From positions 5,441 through 69,440 of the forward strand of contig JAQGMI010000152.1 in NCBI GenBank assembly GCA_028292435.1: DNA of 64,000 bases, in the 5' to 3' direction. The translations under genes were made by a program, and so were the position numbers. Every line of letters starts with the position of its first letter. The first letter of the stretch is position 1. Below are positions 9,836 through 19,525 of this stretch, piece after piece. Origin of the DNA: Betaproteobacteria bacterium. Its GTDB lineage: Bacteria > Pseudomonadota > Gammaproteobacteria > Burkholderiales > SG8-41. The notes below the pieces were generated by a model. It saw only the letters and a list, made by a program, of their open reading frames with translations, did no database searches and was not told where the DNA came from.

Positions 9836-10798
9836 TCAATCGACCTTTGCCCCGGAATCCTTCACCACTTTCGCCCAGCGCGCGATTTCGCTTTTCATGA
9901 AGTTGCCAAACTCATCCGGCGTGCTGCCGATCGGCGCCACCGCTTCGAGCATGATCCGATTACGGAAGTCCGGCGCGGCCAGGACGCGCAGCACTTCGCT
10001 GTTCAGGCGCGCGACCGTGTCAGCGGGCGTGCCGGCAGGCGCGGCGAAGCCGTACCACACCGCTGAATCGTAGCCCGCGAGCGTTTCCGCGATCGCCGGC
10101 AGATCCGGCAGCGTCGGCGAACGCTTCGCCGTCGTCACGCCGAGCGCGCGCAGACGGCCGGTCTTGATATGCGGTCCGGCCGCGGTGTAAGTCACGAAGG
10201 AAAACTGAACCTGGCCGGCGATCAGGTCGGGCATCGCCGGGCCGGCGCCTTTATAAGGCACGTGCGTAATGTTGACTTTGGCCAGACTGCGAAACATTTC
10301 GCCGGCCAGATGCGCGCCGCTGCCGTTGCCCGACGACGAATAAGCAAGCTGCCCGGCGCGCGCCTTCATCAGCGTAATTAACTCCGCCGTCGTCTTCGCC
10401 GGCAGCGACGGGTGCACGACGAGCAAGTACGGCGCATTCGCCAGCAGGCTGATCGGTGCGTAATCCCTGACCGGGTCGTACGGCAACTTCGGATACAGCG
10501 TCGGGTTGACCGCGTACTGCGCGGTGAGCGCAAACAACAAGGTGTACCCGTCGGGCGGACTCTTCGCAACGAATTCCATGCCGATGTTGCCGTTCGCGCC
10601 GCCGCGATTGTCGACGATCACCTGCTGACCAAGCTGCTCGGTCAACTTTTGCGCGAGTGGCCGCGCGATCACATCCGTGCCGCCGCCCGGCGGATACGGC
10701 AGCACGAGGCGGATCGGTTTATTCGGATAGTTCTGCGCGAAAGATTGCAACGACAGGGTCAGCGCAAACAGCCACAGACTCCGACTGATCGCTTTCAT
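9836..10798 (-). CDS. Bug/TctC-family periplasmic solute-binding protein
   Basis: The ORF track extends to 10954. The Met at 10798 (MKAISRSLWLFALTLSLQSFA) gives a signal peptide and a 4-nt overlap with the upstream ligase stop. Motifs PPGGGTDVIAR, VDNRGGANG, HVPYKG. Confidence 0.85.
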   Translation of the reverse strand: MKAISRSLWLFALTLSLQSFAQNYPNKPIRLVLPYPPGGGTDVIARPLAQKLTEQLGQQVIVDNRGGANGNIGMEFVAKSPPDGYTLLFALTAQYAVNPTLYPKLPYDPVRDYAPISLLANAPYLLVVHPSLPAKTTAELITLMKARAGQLAYSSSGNGSGAHLAGEMFRSLAKVNITHVPYKGAGPAMPDLIAGQVQFSFVTYTAAGPHIKTGRLRALGVTTAKRSPTLPDLPAIAETLAGYDSAVWYGFAAPAGTPADTVARLNSEVLRVLAAPDFRNRIMLEAVAPIGSTPDEFGNFMKSEIARWAKVVKDSGAKVD

Positions 10799-12429
10799 AC
10801 CTTGACCGCCTGCAGATCGACCGCTCGCGCGCGCAGGCCGGCATCGGCGCGCAGTTTCGCTTTCAATATCTTGTGCGTCGGCGTGTGCGGCAGTTCGTCG
10901 ACGATTGCGACAAAGCGCGGCACCTTCTGCGCCGCCAGATGCTGACGCGACCATTCGGCAATGTCGTCAGGGGTCACGTGCTGACCCGGGCGCGGCACGA
11001 CCGCGACGAGAATCTCGTCTTCGCCAAGTTCCGATGGCACCGCAATCGCCGCCACCTCGAACACCGCCGGATGTTCGCCGATCACACGGTCAAGTTCGGC
11101 ACCGGAAATATTTTCGCCGCGCCGGCGGATGATGTCTTTCTTGCGCGAGACGAAGAAGAAATAACCATCGGCATCGCGCTTCACCAGGTCGCCGGTCAAA
11201 AACCAGCCGTCGCGAAATGCATCGTTCGTCTGCTCGGCATCGCGGTAGTAACCCTGCATGATGATGGGCGTCTTCACGATCAATTCGCCGGGTTGATCGA
11301 CGCCGACATCGTTGCCGTCATCGTCGACAACCCGGCACTGCGCCCATGGGCGCTGCGCGTCGGGATGCCGGCCGACCGGTCCCATGCTGCCAACCTTCGC
11401 CGGCCCTTCGAGCGGGATGCAGGTGACGCCGGGAATTTCGGTCATGCCGTAGCCGCCGATCAAATGCGGAATATGAAATTCATTGCGAAACGTCTCCATC
11501 ATGCCCTGGCGCGCGCCATAGAGCTTGGTGAGCAGATGATCGTGGCGAAACTCTTCACGCGGCCGCTTCACCAGGATTGTGCCGATCGCTTCGATGATGT
11601 TGACCGCCGTTGCGCGCGTTTTAGCCGCGGTTTCCCAGAACGACGACGCCGAAAAGCGCGGCACGATGACCATGCAGGCACCGGCCGCAAGCGTGCCCGC
11701 CACCGAATAAAACAGCGCATTGATGTGAAACAGCGGCAGCACAATCATCAGGCGGTCGTCGGGTTGCACGTACAAGCGCTGCACGAAGGCCTCGCCGCCC
11801 GTCACGAAGCTGCGCTGGCTGTGCATCGCGCCTTTGGGAAATCCGGTTGTGCCTGAGGTGTAAACGATGAGGCAGGTGTCGTCGGCGCCGCCGGCGGCGG
11901 GCACATCATCCGCGGGTGTTTTCGCGATCAAGTCCATCAATGCGGGCAGGCCGTCGACCGCGCCATCGAGCAGCGCAAACCACGGCGCCGGCCGGATCTC
12001 GGTGGCCGCTTCGCGCACGATTGCGAGCGCCTCGGCGCTGCAGACGACAGCCGCGACTTGCGCATGCTCCATGACGTAACGCGCCTCCGTCACGCCGAAC
12101 TCCGGATTGACCGGCACCATGATCGCGCCGAGCCGCGCGAGGCCCAGCAGCATCAACACGTGGCCCGGATGATTGCGCGCCATGACGGCAACGCGGTCGC
12201 CATGACGGATCCCGCGCGCGGCAAGCACGCGCGCCACGCCCAGCGTGAGTTCGTTAAATGCCTGCCAGCTCCATGTGCGCTCCTCGAAGACGATGAACGG
12301 CCGCTGAGGATCGTGCTGCCAGCGGCTCGCGAATGCGCCAGTCAGCGAATAGTCATGCGGCGCGTACAGGCGGATAACTTCAAGCGGGGATTTCATCGGG
12401 GAAACCGGTAAATTCGGGAGTGAAAACAC
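10795..12429 (-). CDS. AMP-dependent acyl-CoA synthetase/ligase
   Basis: 544 aa. AMP-binding motifs IVYTSGTTGFPKGAMHS, GYGMTE, TGDLVKRDADGYFFFVSRKKDIIRRRGENIS. Confidence 0.9.
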   Translation of the reverse strand: MFSLPNLPVSPMKSPLEVIRLYAPHDYSLTGAFASRWQHDPQRPFIVFEERTWSWQAFNELTLGVARVLAARGIRHGDRVAVMARNHPGHVLMLLGLARLGAIMVPVNPEFGVTEARYVMEHAQVAAVVCSAEALAIVREAATEIRPAPWFALLDGAVDGLPALMDLIAKTPADDVPAAGGADDTCLIVYTSGTTGFPKGAMHSQRSFVTGGEAFVQRLYVQPDDRLMIVLPLFHINALFYSVAGTLAAGACMVIVPRFSASSFWETAAKTRATAVNIIEAIGTILVKRPREEFRHDHLLTKLYGARQGMMETFRNEFHIPHLIGGYGMTEIPGVTCIPLEGPAKVGSMGPVGRHPDAQRPWAQCRVVDDDGNDVGVDQPGELIVKTPIIMQGYYRDAEQTNDAFRDGWFLTGDLVKRDADGYFFFVSRKKDIIRRRGENISGAELDRVIGEHPAVFEVAAIAVPSELGEDEILVAVVPRPGQHVTPDDIAEWSRQHLAAQKVPRFVAIVDELPHTPTHKILKAKLRADAGLRARAVDLQAVKV

Positions 12430-12511
12430 GGGGCACTAAGAGCTGCGCGATTATAGCGCCGCGCATCATCTCGCATATAATCGTAAGCCCGAATCAAGAA
12501 ACCATCTCATC

Positions 12512-13426
12512 ATGTTCGCGCCACCCCAACTCATCGAAACCGAAGTGTTCGCCGCCGTGCCGCAGAACCTGCGCAAGAGCCACGTGCCGCCCGAGCGCAT
12601 TGCCGCGGGCGGCGGCGGGATTCCCGCCGGTAGCTTTCTCGAAGGCCCGTCGTTCGACCGCGCCGGCAATCTCTATGTGGTCGACATTCCGTACGGCCGC
12701 ATCTTTCGCCTTTCGCCGCAAGGCAAGTTCGATGTCGTCGCCGAATACGACGGCGAGCCGAACGGCCTGCGCATTCATAAAGACGGCCGCATCTTCGTCG
12801 CCGACCACAAGCTCGGCATCGTGCTGCTCGATCCCGCGACAGGTTCGATCACGCCGGTCATCACCCGTTATCACCGTGAGCATTTCAAAGGCGTCAACGA
12901 TCTGACGTTTGCGTCCAACGGCGACCTGTATTTCACCGACCAGGGTCAGAGCGACATGTCGGACCCGACCGGCCGCGTGTATCGCTATACCGCGGCGGGC
13001 GTATTGCAAAAACTCGCCGATTGCGTGCCCAGCCCCAACGGGCTGGTGCTCAACGCGAAAGAAGACACCTTGTTCGTCGCTGCCACGCGCTCAAACCAGG
13101 TCTGGCGTTTGCCCTTCGCACCCGACGGCACGATTGCGCGCATGGGCGTGCAGATCCAGATGTCGGGCGGCCGCGGCCCCGATGGCATGACGATCGATGA
13201 GCACGACGGCTTGGTCGTCGCGCATCCGGACATGGGTGCCGTGTGGATATTCAGTCACCGCGGCGAACCGCTTTATCGCGTGCAGTCTTGCGGCAGCGAT
13301 CTCGTGACCAACGTCGCGTTCGGCGGCCCGGATCGCAAGACGATCTACATCACCGACTCCGGCAGCGGCTGCGTGCTCACCGCGCGCGTGCCGACCGCGG
13401 GGCGACTGCTTTATTCACACATGTAA
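12512..13426 (+). CDS. SMP-30/gluconolactonase/LRE-family lactonase
   Basis: 304 aa. Beta-propeller lactonase-like segments: EGPSFDRAGNLYVVD, PNGLRIHKDGRIFVAD, NDLTFASNGDLYFTD, PNGLVLN, GPDGMTIDEHDGLVVA. Confidence 0.8.
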   Translation: MFAPPQLIETEVFAAVPQNLRKSHVPPERIAAGGGGIPAGSFLEGPSFDRAGNLYVVDIPYGRIFRLSPQGKFDVVAEYDGEPNGLRIHKDGRIFVADHKLGIVLLDPATGSITPVITRYHREHFKGVNDLTFASNGDLYFTDQGQSDMSDPTGRVYRYTAAGVLQKLADCVPSPNGLVLNAKEDTLFVAATRSNQVWRLPFAPDGTIARMGVQIQMSGGRGPDGMTIDEHDGLVVAHPDMGAVWIFSHRGEPLYRVQSCGSDLVTNVAFGGPDRKTIYITDSGSGCVLTARVPTAGRLLYSHM

Positions 13427-13437
13427 AGCAAAGCTTC

Positions 13438-13555
13438 ACCGCCAAAGACGCAAAGGAAGATCAAGCAAGCGAAAGATAACCTTTGAATGAAGACATGATT
13501 CACTGTGTGTGATTCAAAGTCCTCCTTGGCGTCCTTTGCGGTTCAAGATTTTTTT
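13438..13555 (+). terminator. long imperfect hairpin followed by T7 (putative intrinsic terminator)
   Basis: Left arm 13438-13460 pairs with right arm 13519-13542 at 19 of 23 positions by eye. An inner hairpin is CTTTGAAT...ATTCAAAG. The run TTTTTTT lies at 13549-13555. Confidence 0.45.
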
Positions 13556-13569
13556 CGAAATGTTCCTAA

Positions 13570-14580
13570 ATGAATCTCGACGCGCCCGATACACGAAGCC
13601 GCCTTGAAGCGTTTTTACGCGCGGCTGCGGGCGCGGACGCCGTTCACATTCGAAAACTCTATCGATTAAGCGGCGGTGCAGTGCAGGAAAACTGGGCTGT
13701 CGATGCGGATATGACGGCGGGCACGCATCCGGGCCCGCATCAATGGGTTTTGCGCACGAATGCGACCGCGCGTGTCGAAGCGAGCCTGAAGCGCGGGGAA
13801 GAATTTGAAATCCTGCACGTTGCGCATCAACATAGTCTGCACGCACCGGAACCCTTGTGGCTGTGCCGCGATACTGCGGTCACCGGACGTGAATTTTTCA
13901 TCATGCAGCGCTTGCCCGGCATCGCCAGCGGGCATCGGGTCACGCGAGAAGTCGCGTTGGTGCCCGACCCTGCCCGCCTTGCCGCCGACCTCGCCGAGAA
14001 TCTCGCGCGGCTGCATGAAATCACGCCGCCATTACCCAGGCTCGCATTTCTCGCGACGATGCACGCGCGCGACAACGTCGCGCACTACCGGCGCTACCTC
14101 GATCAGCTTCCCGCGCCGTTTCCAGCGCTCGAATGGGGATTGCGCTGGTGCGAAGTCAACGCACCCGCGCATGAAGAAACGACGTTCATTCACCGCGACT
14201 ATCGCACCGGCAACTACCTCGTGCATAAAGGCCGGCTTGCCGGCGTGCTCGACTGGGAATTCGCCGCGTTTGGCAATCCACTCGAAGATGTGGGCTGGAT
14301 TTTTGCGAAGTGCTGGCGCTTTGCCGGCAAAGCAAAGCCCGCGGGCGGCATCGCTGAACCCGCCGATTTTCTGAAACCGTACGAACGCGCTTCCGGCCGC
14401 ACGGTGACACCTGAAGCGCTCGTATACTGGCAGGTGATGGCGCATATCCGGTGGGCGGTCATTGCGTTACAGCAGGCGCACCGTCATTTGTCGGGCGAAG
14501 AGCGCTCGCTCGAACTCGCCTTGACGGGGCGCATCGTGCCGGAACTCGAGCATGAAATCGTTGCCTTGACCAAAAACTGA
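13570..14580 (+). CDS. APH-type phosphotransferase family protein (LvaA/ACAD10-kinase-like)
   Basis: 336 aa. Catalytic loop FIHRDYRTGNYLV and metal-binding VLDWEFAAFGNPLEDV. Confidence 0.85.
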   Translation: MNLDAPDTRSRLEAFLRAAAGADAVHIRKLYRLSGGAVQENWAVDADMTAGTHPGPHQWVLRTNATARVEASLKRGEEFEILHVAHQHSLHAPEPLWLCRDTAVTGREFFIMQRLPGIASGHRVTREVALVPDPARLAADLAENLARLHEITPPLPRLAFLATMHARDNVAHYRRYLDQLPAPFPALEWGLRWCEVNAPAHEETTFIHRDYRTGNYLVHKGRLAGVLDWEFAAFGNPLEDVGWIFAKCWRFAGKAKPAGGIAEPADFLKPYERASGRTVTPEALVYWQVMAHIRWAVIALQQAHRHLSGEERSLELALTGRIVPELEHEIVALTKN

Positions 14581-14604
14581 TTCGTTTCCCTGGCTTCGCT
14601 TCAA

Positions 14605-14988
14605 ATGAACAACCAACCCGACGCAACTGAACTCCTCGCCATCGCGCGCAGCACCCTGCTCGACAAGTTATTGCCGCGGCTGCCGGATGATCTGCGCTAC
14701 GACGCATTGATGATCGCCAATGCGATGATGATTGCCGCACGCGAGCACGCCGCGGGCGACGAACCGGCAAAAGCAGAGTTCGGGCGTGCGTGCGCGCTGC
14801 TGGCCGAGCATCCTCCCGAAGCGGCCGGCGCAGCTCTGCAAATCGCGCTCGTCGACTGCAACCGCCGCCTCGCCGCCGGAATTCGCGCGGGCCGCTACGA
14901 CAAGGACAGCGCCGCACTGCTCGCCCATCTGGACCAGACCGCGGCCCACGCGCTCGCAATCTCGAATCCGCGCGCGCTTGGAACATAG
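14605..14988 (+). CDS. small helical protein partnering the phosphotransferase (DUF6285/LvaB-like)
   Basis: 127 aa, 24 nt after the kinase stop. Position and size match the small partner usually found after this kinase type. No motif was recognised. Confidence 0.45.
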   Translation: MNNQPDATELLAIARSTLLDKLLPRLPDDLRYDALMIANAMMIAAREHAAGDEPAKAEFGRACALLAEHPPEAAGAALQIALVDCNRRLAAGIRAGRYDKDSAALLAHLDQTAAHALAISNPRALGT

Positions 14989-14998
14989 CTTTAAAACG

Positions 14999-16558
14999 AT
15001 GGCTCAGCAGATGTCATTCGAGCCGCTGACGCCGACGGCGTTCCTTAAACGTTCGGCGCTGGTGTTTGGCGACCGCATCGCGGTGATCGACGGCGAGCGC
15101 CGGTTTACCTATTCCGAGTTTTACCGTCGCGCGCTGCAGTTCGCCGGCGCTTTGCGCGCGATCGGCGGCGGCGACAGGGCACGCGTCGCGGTGCTCGCGC
15201 CTAACACCCACATGCTGCTCGAAGCGCACTACGGCGTGCCGCTCGCCGGCGCGGTGCTCGTTGCGCTCAATCAACGCTTCACCGCGAGTGATTTGACGTA
15301 CGCGATTCGACACAGCGATGCGCACGTTCTCATTTACGACGCCGAATTCGAATCGGTGGCGCGCGAAATTGCGAATGCAATCGGGGGCAAGCTGAAACTC
15401 GTACGCGCAGGCGGGGATGACGAATACGAGCGCTGGCTTGCCGCAGCCACGCCGCACGCCGAGCCGGTGATCGACGAGCGCGGCATGATATCCATCAACT
15501 ACACGAGCGGGACCACCGGCCAGCCCAAAGGCGTTATGTATCACCATCGCGGCGCTTATCTGCAGGCGCTGGCGATGGTTGCGCACATGCGGCTCGATTC
15601 TTCGAGCACCTATCTGTGGACCTTGCCGATGTTCCATTGCAACGGCTGGTGCTTCACCTGGGGCGTGACCGCCGCAGGCGCGACGCATTTGTGCCTGCGC
15701 AAGCTCGACGCGGCGTTGATCTGGCGGCATCTGCGCGAATCGGGCGTCACCCATTTTTGCGCAGCGCCGACGGTATTGATCATGATCGCCTGGGCGGAAC
15801 AGGCAAAACAGGGCAGGCTCGCGCGCGTCGTTCAAGCCGGGACGGGCGGTGCGCCACCGACGCCGGCAATACTCACGCGCATGGCGGAGCTCGGCATCGA
15901 TGTCACGCATCTTTACGGGCTCACTGAAACATTCGGCCCCGCGGTGCTGTGCGAGTGGCGCGACGAGTGGAACAAACAGACCGTCGTCGCACAAGGCCGC
16001 ATCAAGGCGCGCCAGGGTGTCGGCAACGTGATCGCACAGGAGCTGCGCATCGTCGATATCGACGGCCGCGATGTGCCGGCCGATGGCGAAACCATGGGTG
16101 AAATCGCATTGCGCGGCAATAACGTGATGCTCGGTTACTATCGCGACGATGAAGCAACGCAGCGCGCCGCACCCGACGGCTGGTTTCGCACCGGCGACCT
16201 TGGCGTGATGCATCCGGATCATTACATCGAGATCAAAGACCGTTCGAAAGACATTATCGTTTCGGGCGGCGAGAACATCGCCTCGCTGGAAGTCGAGCGC
16301 GCGCTCGCGGCGCATGCAGCGGTGATGGAAGCGGCCGTCGTCGCCGGGCCGGATCTAAAATGGGGTGAAGTGCCGGTCGCCTACGTGACGCTGAAGCCCG
16401 GCGCTGCCGCAACCGAAGCCGAACTCATCGCGCACGTGCGCGATCTGCTCGCGCATTTCAAGGCGCCGAAGAAGGTCGTGTTCGGCGAGCTGCCGAAAAA
16501 TGCGACCGGCAAAATCCAGAAATTCGTTTTGCGCGAACGGGCCAAACGGCAGGATTGA
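14999..16558 (+). CDS. AMP-dependent acyl-CoA synthetase
   Basis: The ORF track starts at 14732, but the family-typical N-terminus MAQQMSFEPLTPTAFLKRSA begins at ATG 14999. Motifs INYTSGTTGQPKGVMYHH, LYGLTET, TGDLGVMHPDHYIEIKDRSKDIIVSGGENI. Confidence 0.9.
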   Translation: MAQQMSFEPLTPTAFLKRSALVFGDRIAVIDGERRFTYSEFYRRALQFAGALRAIGGGDRARVAVLAPNTHMLLEAHYGVPLAGAVLVALNQRFTASDLTYAIRHSDAHVLIYDAEFESVAREIANAIGGKLKLVRAGGDDEYERWLAAATPHAEPVIDERGMISINYTSGTTGQPKGVMYHHRGAYLQALAMVAHMRLDSSSTYLWTLPMFHCNGWCFTWGVTAAGATHLCLRKLDAALIWRHLRESGVTHFCAAPTVLIMIAWAEQAKQGRLARVVQAGTGGAPPTPAILTRMAELGIDVTHLYGLTETFGPAVLCEWRDEWNKQTVVAQGRIKARQGVGNVIAQELRIVDIDGRDVPADGETMGEIALRGNNVMLGYYRDDEATQRAAPDGWFRTGDLGVMHPDHYIEIKDRSKDIIVSGGENIASLEVERALAAHAAVMEAAVVAGPDLKWGEVPVAYVTLKPGAAATEAELIAHVRDLLAHFKAPKKVVFGELPKNATGKIQKFVLRERAKRQD

Positions 16559-16652
16559 GGAGCGAGGATTGAGGATTGAGTAAACTTCCGAATCCCGAGC
16601 CCCGAATCCCGAATCCTCAATCCTCAATCCTCAATCCTCAATCCTCAATCCT
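16551..16652. repeat. inverted arrays of a 7-nt unit (CTCAATC/CCGAATC)
   Basis: 16588-16650 holds 9 consecutive heptads: CCGAATC, CCGAGCC, CCGAATC, CCGAATC, then 5x CTCAATC. 16551-16580 is the reverse complement of about 4 heptads (AGGATTGAGGAGCGAGGATTGAGGATTGAG) and overlaps the synthetase stop codon. A 17-bp perfect stem is possible. Confidence 0.9.
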
Positions 16653-16661
16653 AAAACCCCC

Positions 16662-17858
16662 ATGGACTTCACCCTCCCGCCGCAAGCTGAAGAATTCCGC
16701 CAACGTTATCGCGCGTTCGTCGGCGAGCATGTGCTGCCGCTCGAGAGCGATCCGGCCTCGTTCGACGATCACGAGAACATACGGCTCGATCTGCTCGATA
16801 AGCTCCGCCTCAAAGCGAAAGCCGAAGGTTTGTGGGCGCCGCAGATGCCGAAAGACGTCGGCGGCCAGGGCCTCAACATGGTCGGCATCGCGGCGTGCTA
16901 TGAAGAGATGAATTATTCGTTGTTCGGTCCGGCGGTGTTCAACTGCGCGGCGCCCGACGACGGCAACATGCGGTCGCTATACAAAGTCGGGACGGAAGCG
17001 CAGAAAGCGCGCTGGCTGCAGCCGATCGTCGATGGCAAGGTCCGTTCGTCGATCGTGATGACCGAGCCTGCGCCAGGCGCCGGGTCCGATCCGACGATGA
17101 TGCTCACGACCGCAACCAGGCAAGACAACAAGTGGATAATCCGCGGCCGCAAGTGGTTCATTACCGGCGCGGGCGTCGCACAGCATTTCATTTTGATTGC
17201 GAAAACGTCCGACGATCCGCGTAAAGGACTGACCGCATTTCTGTTCGACCGCGATCAGCCGGGCTGGCGCATCGTGCGCCGCATTCCGATCATGGGCCCG
17301 GAGGAGCACGGCGGCCATTGCGAACTCGAGTTCGACGGTCTCGAGATCGCCGACGAAAACCGCTTGATGAACGTGGGCGATGGCCTGAAGTACACGCAGA
17401 TTCGGCTGGGTCCTGCCCGCCTCACGCATTGCATGCGCTGGCTCGGGCTTGCGCGGCGTTCAATGGCGATTGCGGCCGATTACGTCGAGCAGCGCAGCGG
17501 GCACGGCATCAAGCTGGCCGACCGCGAGTCGGTGCAATGGCTGCTCGGTGACGCCGCGATGCAGATCGAAATTGGGCGGCTGCTGGTAATGCGCGCCGCG
17601 GACAAGCTCGACCGCGGCGATTTTGCGCGCAAGGAAGTGTCGATGGCGAAAGTAGCGGTCGCCGATGTGCTGCATCACGCCGTCGATACCGCGATCCAAC
17701 TGAACGGCGCCCGCGGCTATTCGGGCGACACGCCGCTTGAATGGATCTACCGTTATGCGCGCCAGGCGCGGCTCGTCGACGGCGCGTCCGAAGTGCACAA
17801 GATGGTGCTCGCCAGATCGTTCATGAAGGAGCGCGGCGACTTCTGGTCGTGGCGATGA
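16662..17858 (+). CDS. acyl-CoA dehydrogenase family protein (LvaC/ACAD10-11-type context)
   Basis: 398 aa. Typical ACAD start MDFTLPPQAEEFR and C-terminal GARGYSGDTPLEWIYRYARQARLVDGASEVH. Confidence 0.9.
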   Translation: MDFTLPPQAEEFRQRYRAFVGEHVLPLESDPASFDDHENIRLDLLDKLRLKAKAEGLWAPQMPKDVGGQGLNMVGIAACYEEMNYSLFGPAVFNCAAPDDGNMRSLYKVGTEAQKARWLQPIVDGKVRSSIVMTEPAPGAGSDPTMMLTTATRQDNKWIIRGRKWFITGAGVAQHFILIAKTSDDPRKGLTAFLFDRDQPGWRIVRRIPIMGPEEHGGHCELEFDGLEIADENRLMNVGDGLKYTQIRLGPARLTHCMRWLGLARRSMAIAADYVEQRSGHGIKLADRESVQWLLGDAAMQIEIGRLLVMRAADKLDRGDFARKEVSMAKVAVADVLHHAVDTAIQLNGARGYSGDTPLEWIYRYARQARLVDGASEVHKMVLARSFMKERGDFWSWR

Positions 17859-17894
17859 ACATAGTGCGGCGCCAAACCCGTCGGCGGCGCGCCC

Positions 17895-18857
17895 TCATTC
17901 CGTTTTGATGCCCGACGTTTTAACGACGCGCTGCCACTTGGCAATCTCGCGCCGGATATACGCGCCGAATTCACCAGGCGTCGTATTTCCCGGCTCGGAG
18001 CCTTCCGCCGCAAGCCGCGCGCCGATTTCCGGCAGTTGCAAAGCGCGCCTGATTTCGCCGTTAAGCAGCGTGACGATCGCGCGCGGCGTGGCGGCCGGCG
18101 CGACAATGCCCTGCCACGACGTCGCCTCGTATCCAGCGACACCCGATTCGGCGATCGTCGGGAATTCAGGCAGCGCGGAAAGGCGTTGCGCGCTGCTGAT
18201 GGCGAGGCCCTTCAATTTACCGCTCCTGATATGCGGCAGCACGATAGGCGGCTGGCTGAACGTGAGCTGGATATGCCCGCCGAGCAGATCGTTCAGCGCA
18301 AGTGAAGAGCCTTTATAGGGCACATGCGTAAGGTCAATGCCGGCCATGACTTTGAGAAGCTCGACCGCGAGGTGTGCGCCGCCGCCGGTGCCTGACGAGC
18401 CGAAATTAAGCTGACCGGGCCTCGCCTTGGCGAGCGCAATCAATTCGCGAAAATTATTGGCAGGCGTTGCCGCGGTGACGGTCGCCAGATACGGCGTTAC
18501 GAGTGCCAGCGTGACCGGCGCAAAATCGCGCACCGGGTCATAAGGAAGATTCTTGACCGTGCTCACGTTCGTCGCCATCGTGCTGATCGAACTCATCAGC
18601 AGCGTGTATCCGTCGGGCGGCGATTTCGCGGTCGTTACCGCTGCGATGGTGCCGCTGCCGCCGGCACGATTGTCGACGACGACCTGCTGGCCGAGGCGCT
18701 CGTAAAGCTTTTGTCCCAAGGCGCGTGCGACGATATCGGTGACGCCGCCCGGCGCGAAGCCGACGATGAGACGAATCGGTTTAGCGGGCCAGGCTTGCGC
18801 GGATGCAACGCCGGTGACGGCGCACAAAACGCAGATTGCCGCCGAACGCAATATCAA
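17895..18857 (-). CDS. Bug/TctC-family periplasmic solute-binding protein
   Basis: 320 aa with a signal peptide. Motifs APGGVTDIVAR, VDNRAGGSG, HVPYKG, SGKLKGLAI. Confidence 0.9.
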   Translation of the reverse strand: MILRSAAICVLCAVTGVASAQAWPAKPIRLIVGFAPGGVTDIVARALGQKLYERLGQQVVVDNRAGGSGTIAAVTTAKSPPDGYTLLMSSISTMATNVSTVKNLPYDPVRDFAPVTLALVTPYLATVTAATPANNFRELIALAKARPGQLNFGSSGTGGGAHLAVELLKVMAGIDLTHVPYKGSSLALNDLLGGHIQLTFSQPPIVLPHIRSGKLKGLAISSAQRLSALPEFPTIAESGVAGYEATSWQGIVAPAATPRAIVTLLNGEIRRALQLPEIGARLAAEGSEPGNTTPGEFGAYIRREIAKWQRVVKTSGIKTE

Positions 18858-18879
18858 GGTGAGGTTTGCCTCAACACGA

Positions 18880-19497
18880 TTACTCGGAAGAACCGCCGGG
18901 CAATCGCGGCATCTCGAAGCGATCCGTGATGCGCGTGTAGCCGCCTTTACCGGCCAGCCGCCCGATCGGATTCACGCGGCCGACGTCGACGTGAAAGCGG
19001 TCATTGACGAGACCTTCGTCATAATGAAACCACACGACTTCGCCGATCACGAGATGGTTCGGCCGGCGGCCGAGTTCGAGTATCTGCACGAGTTTGCATT
19101 CCATCGCGACCGGCGCCTCCTTGATTCGGGGCGGACGCACTCTGGTCGAGGGCACCGGCGTCAAGCCGGCTTTCTCGAGCTCGTTCACGCCGCGCGCGTA
19201 ATCGATCGCGCATACGTTCATTTTGTCTTTGATTGCATCGCTCACGATGTGGACGACAAACTCGGGGCACTCCCGGATGTTCTCGACAGTATCCTTGGCG
19301 CCGCTCACCTTGTTGCCAACCGAGAAGCACAGCATTGCCGGGTCGGAACCGACCGCATTGAAAAAACTGAACGGCGCGGCGTTAGGGCCGGTCTTGCCAA
19401 GCGTCGTGACCAAGGCAATCGGCCGCGGTGTGACGGTGCCGACCAGCAGCTTGTACTGTTCCAGCTGCGTAAGCTTCGATGCATCGAATTCGGGCAT
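18880..19497 (-). CDS. flavin reductase-like FMN-binding domain protein
   Basis: 205 aa. YKLLVGTVTPRPIALVTT...PNAAPFSFFNAV is typical of the flavin_reduct domain. Confidence 0.8.
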   Translation of the reverse strand: MPEFDASKLTQLEQYKLLVGTVTPRPIALVTTLGKTGPNAAPFSFFNAVGSDPAMLCFSVGNKVSGAKDTVENIRECPEFVVHIVSDAIKDKMNVCAIDYARGVNELEKAGLTPVPSTRVRPPRIKEAPVAMECKLVQILELGRRPNHLVIGEVVWFHYDEGLVNDRFHVDVGRVNPIGRLAGKGGYTRITDRFEMPRLPGGSSE

Positions 19498-19525
19498 GAC
19501 GATTCCTTGCTGGGCGGACTTGCGA

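Noticed and set aside
16551-16652. Heptad repeat array considered as a CRISPR array or coding microsatellite
   Set aside because: The units are 7 nt, contiguous and without spacers. The element is intergenic apart from the last codons of the upstream gene. It is not CRISPR.
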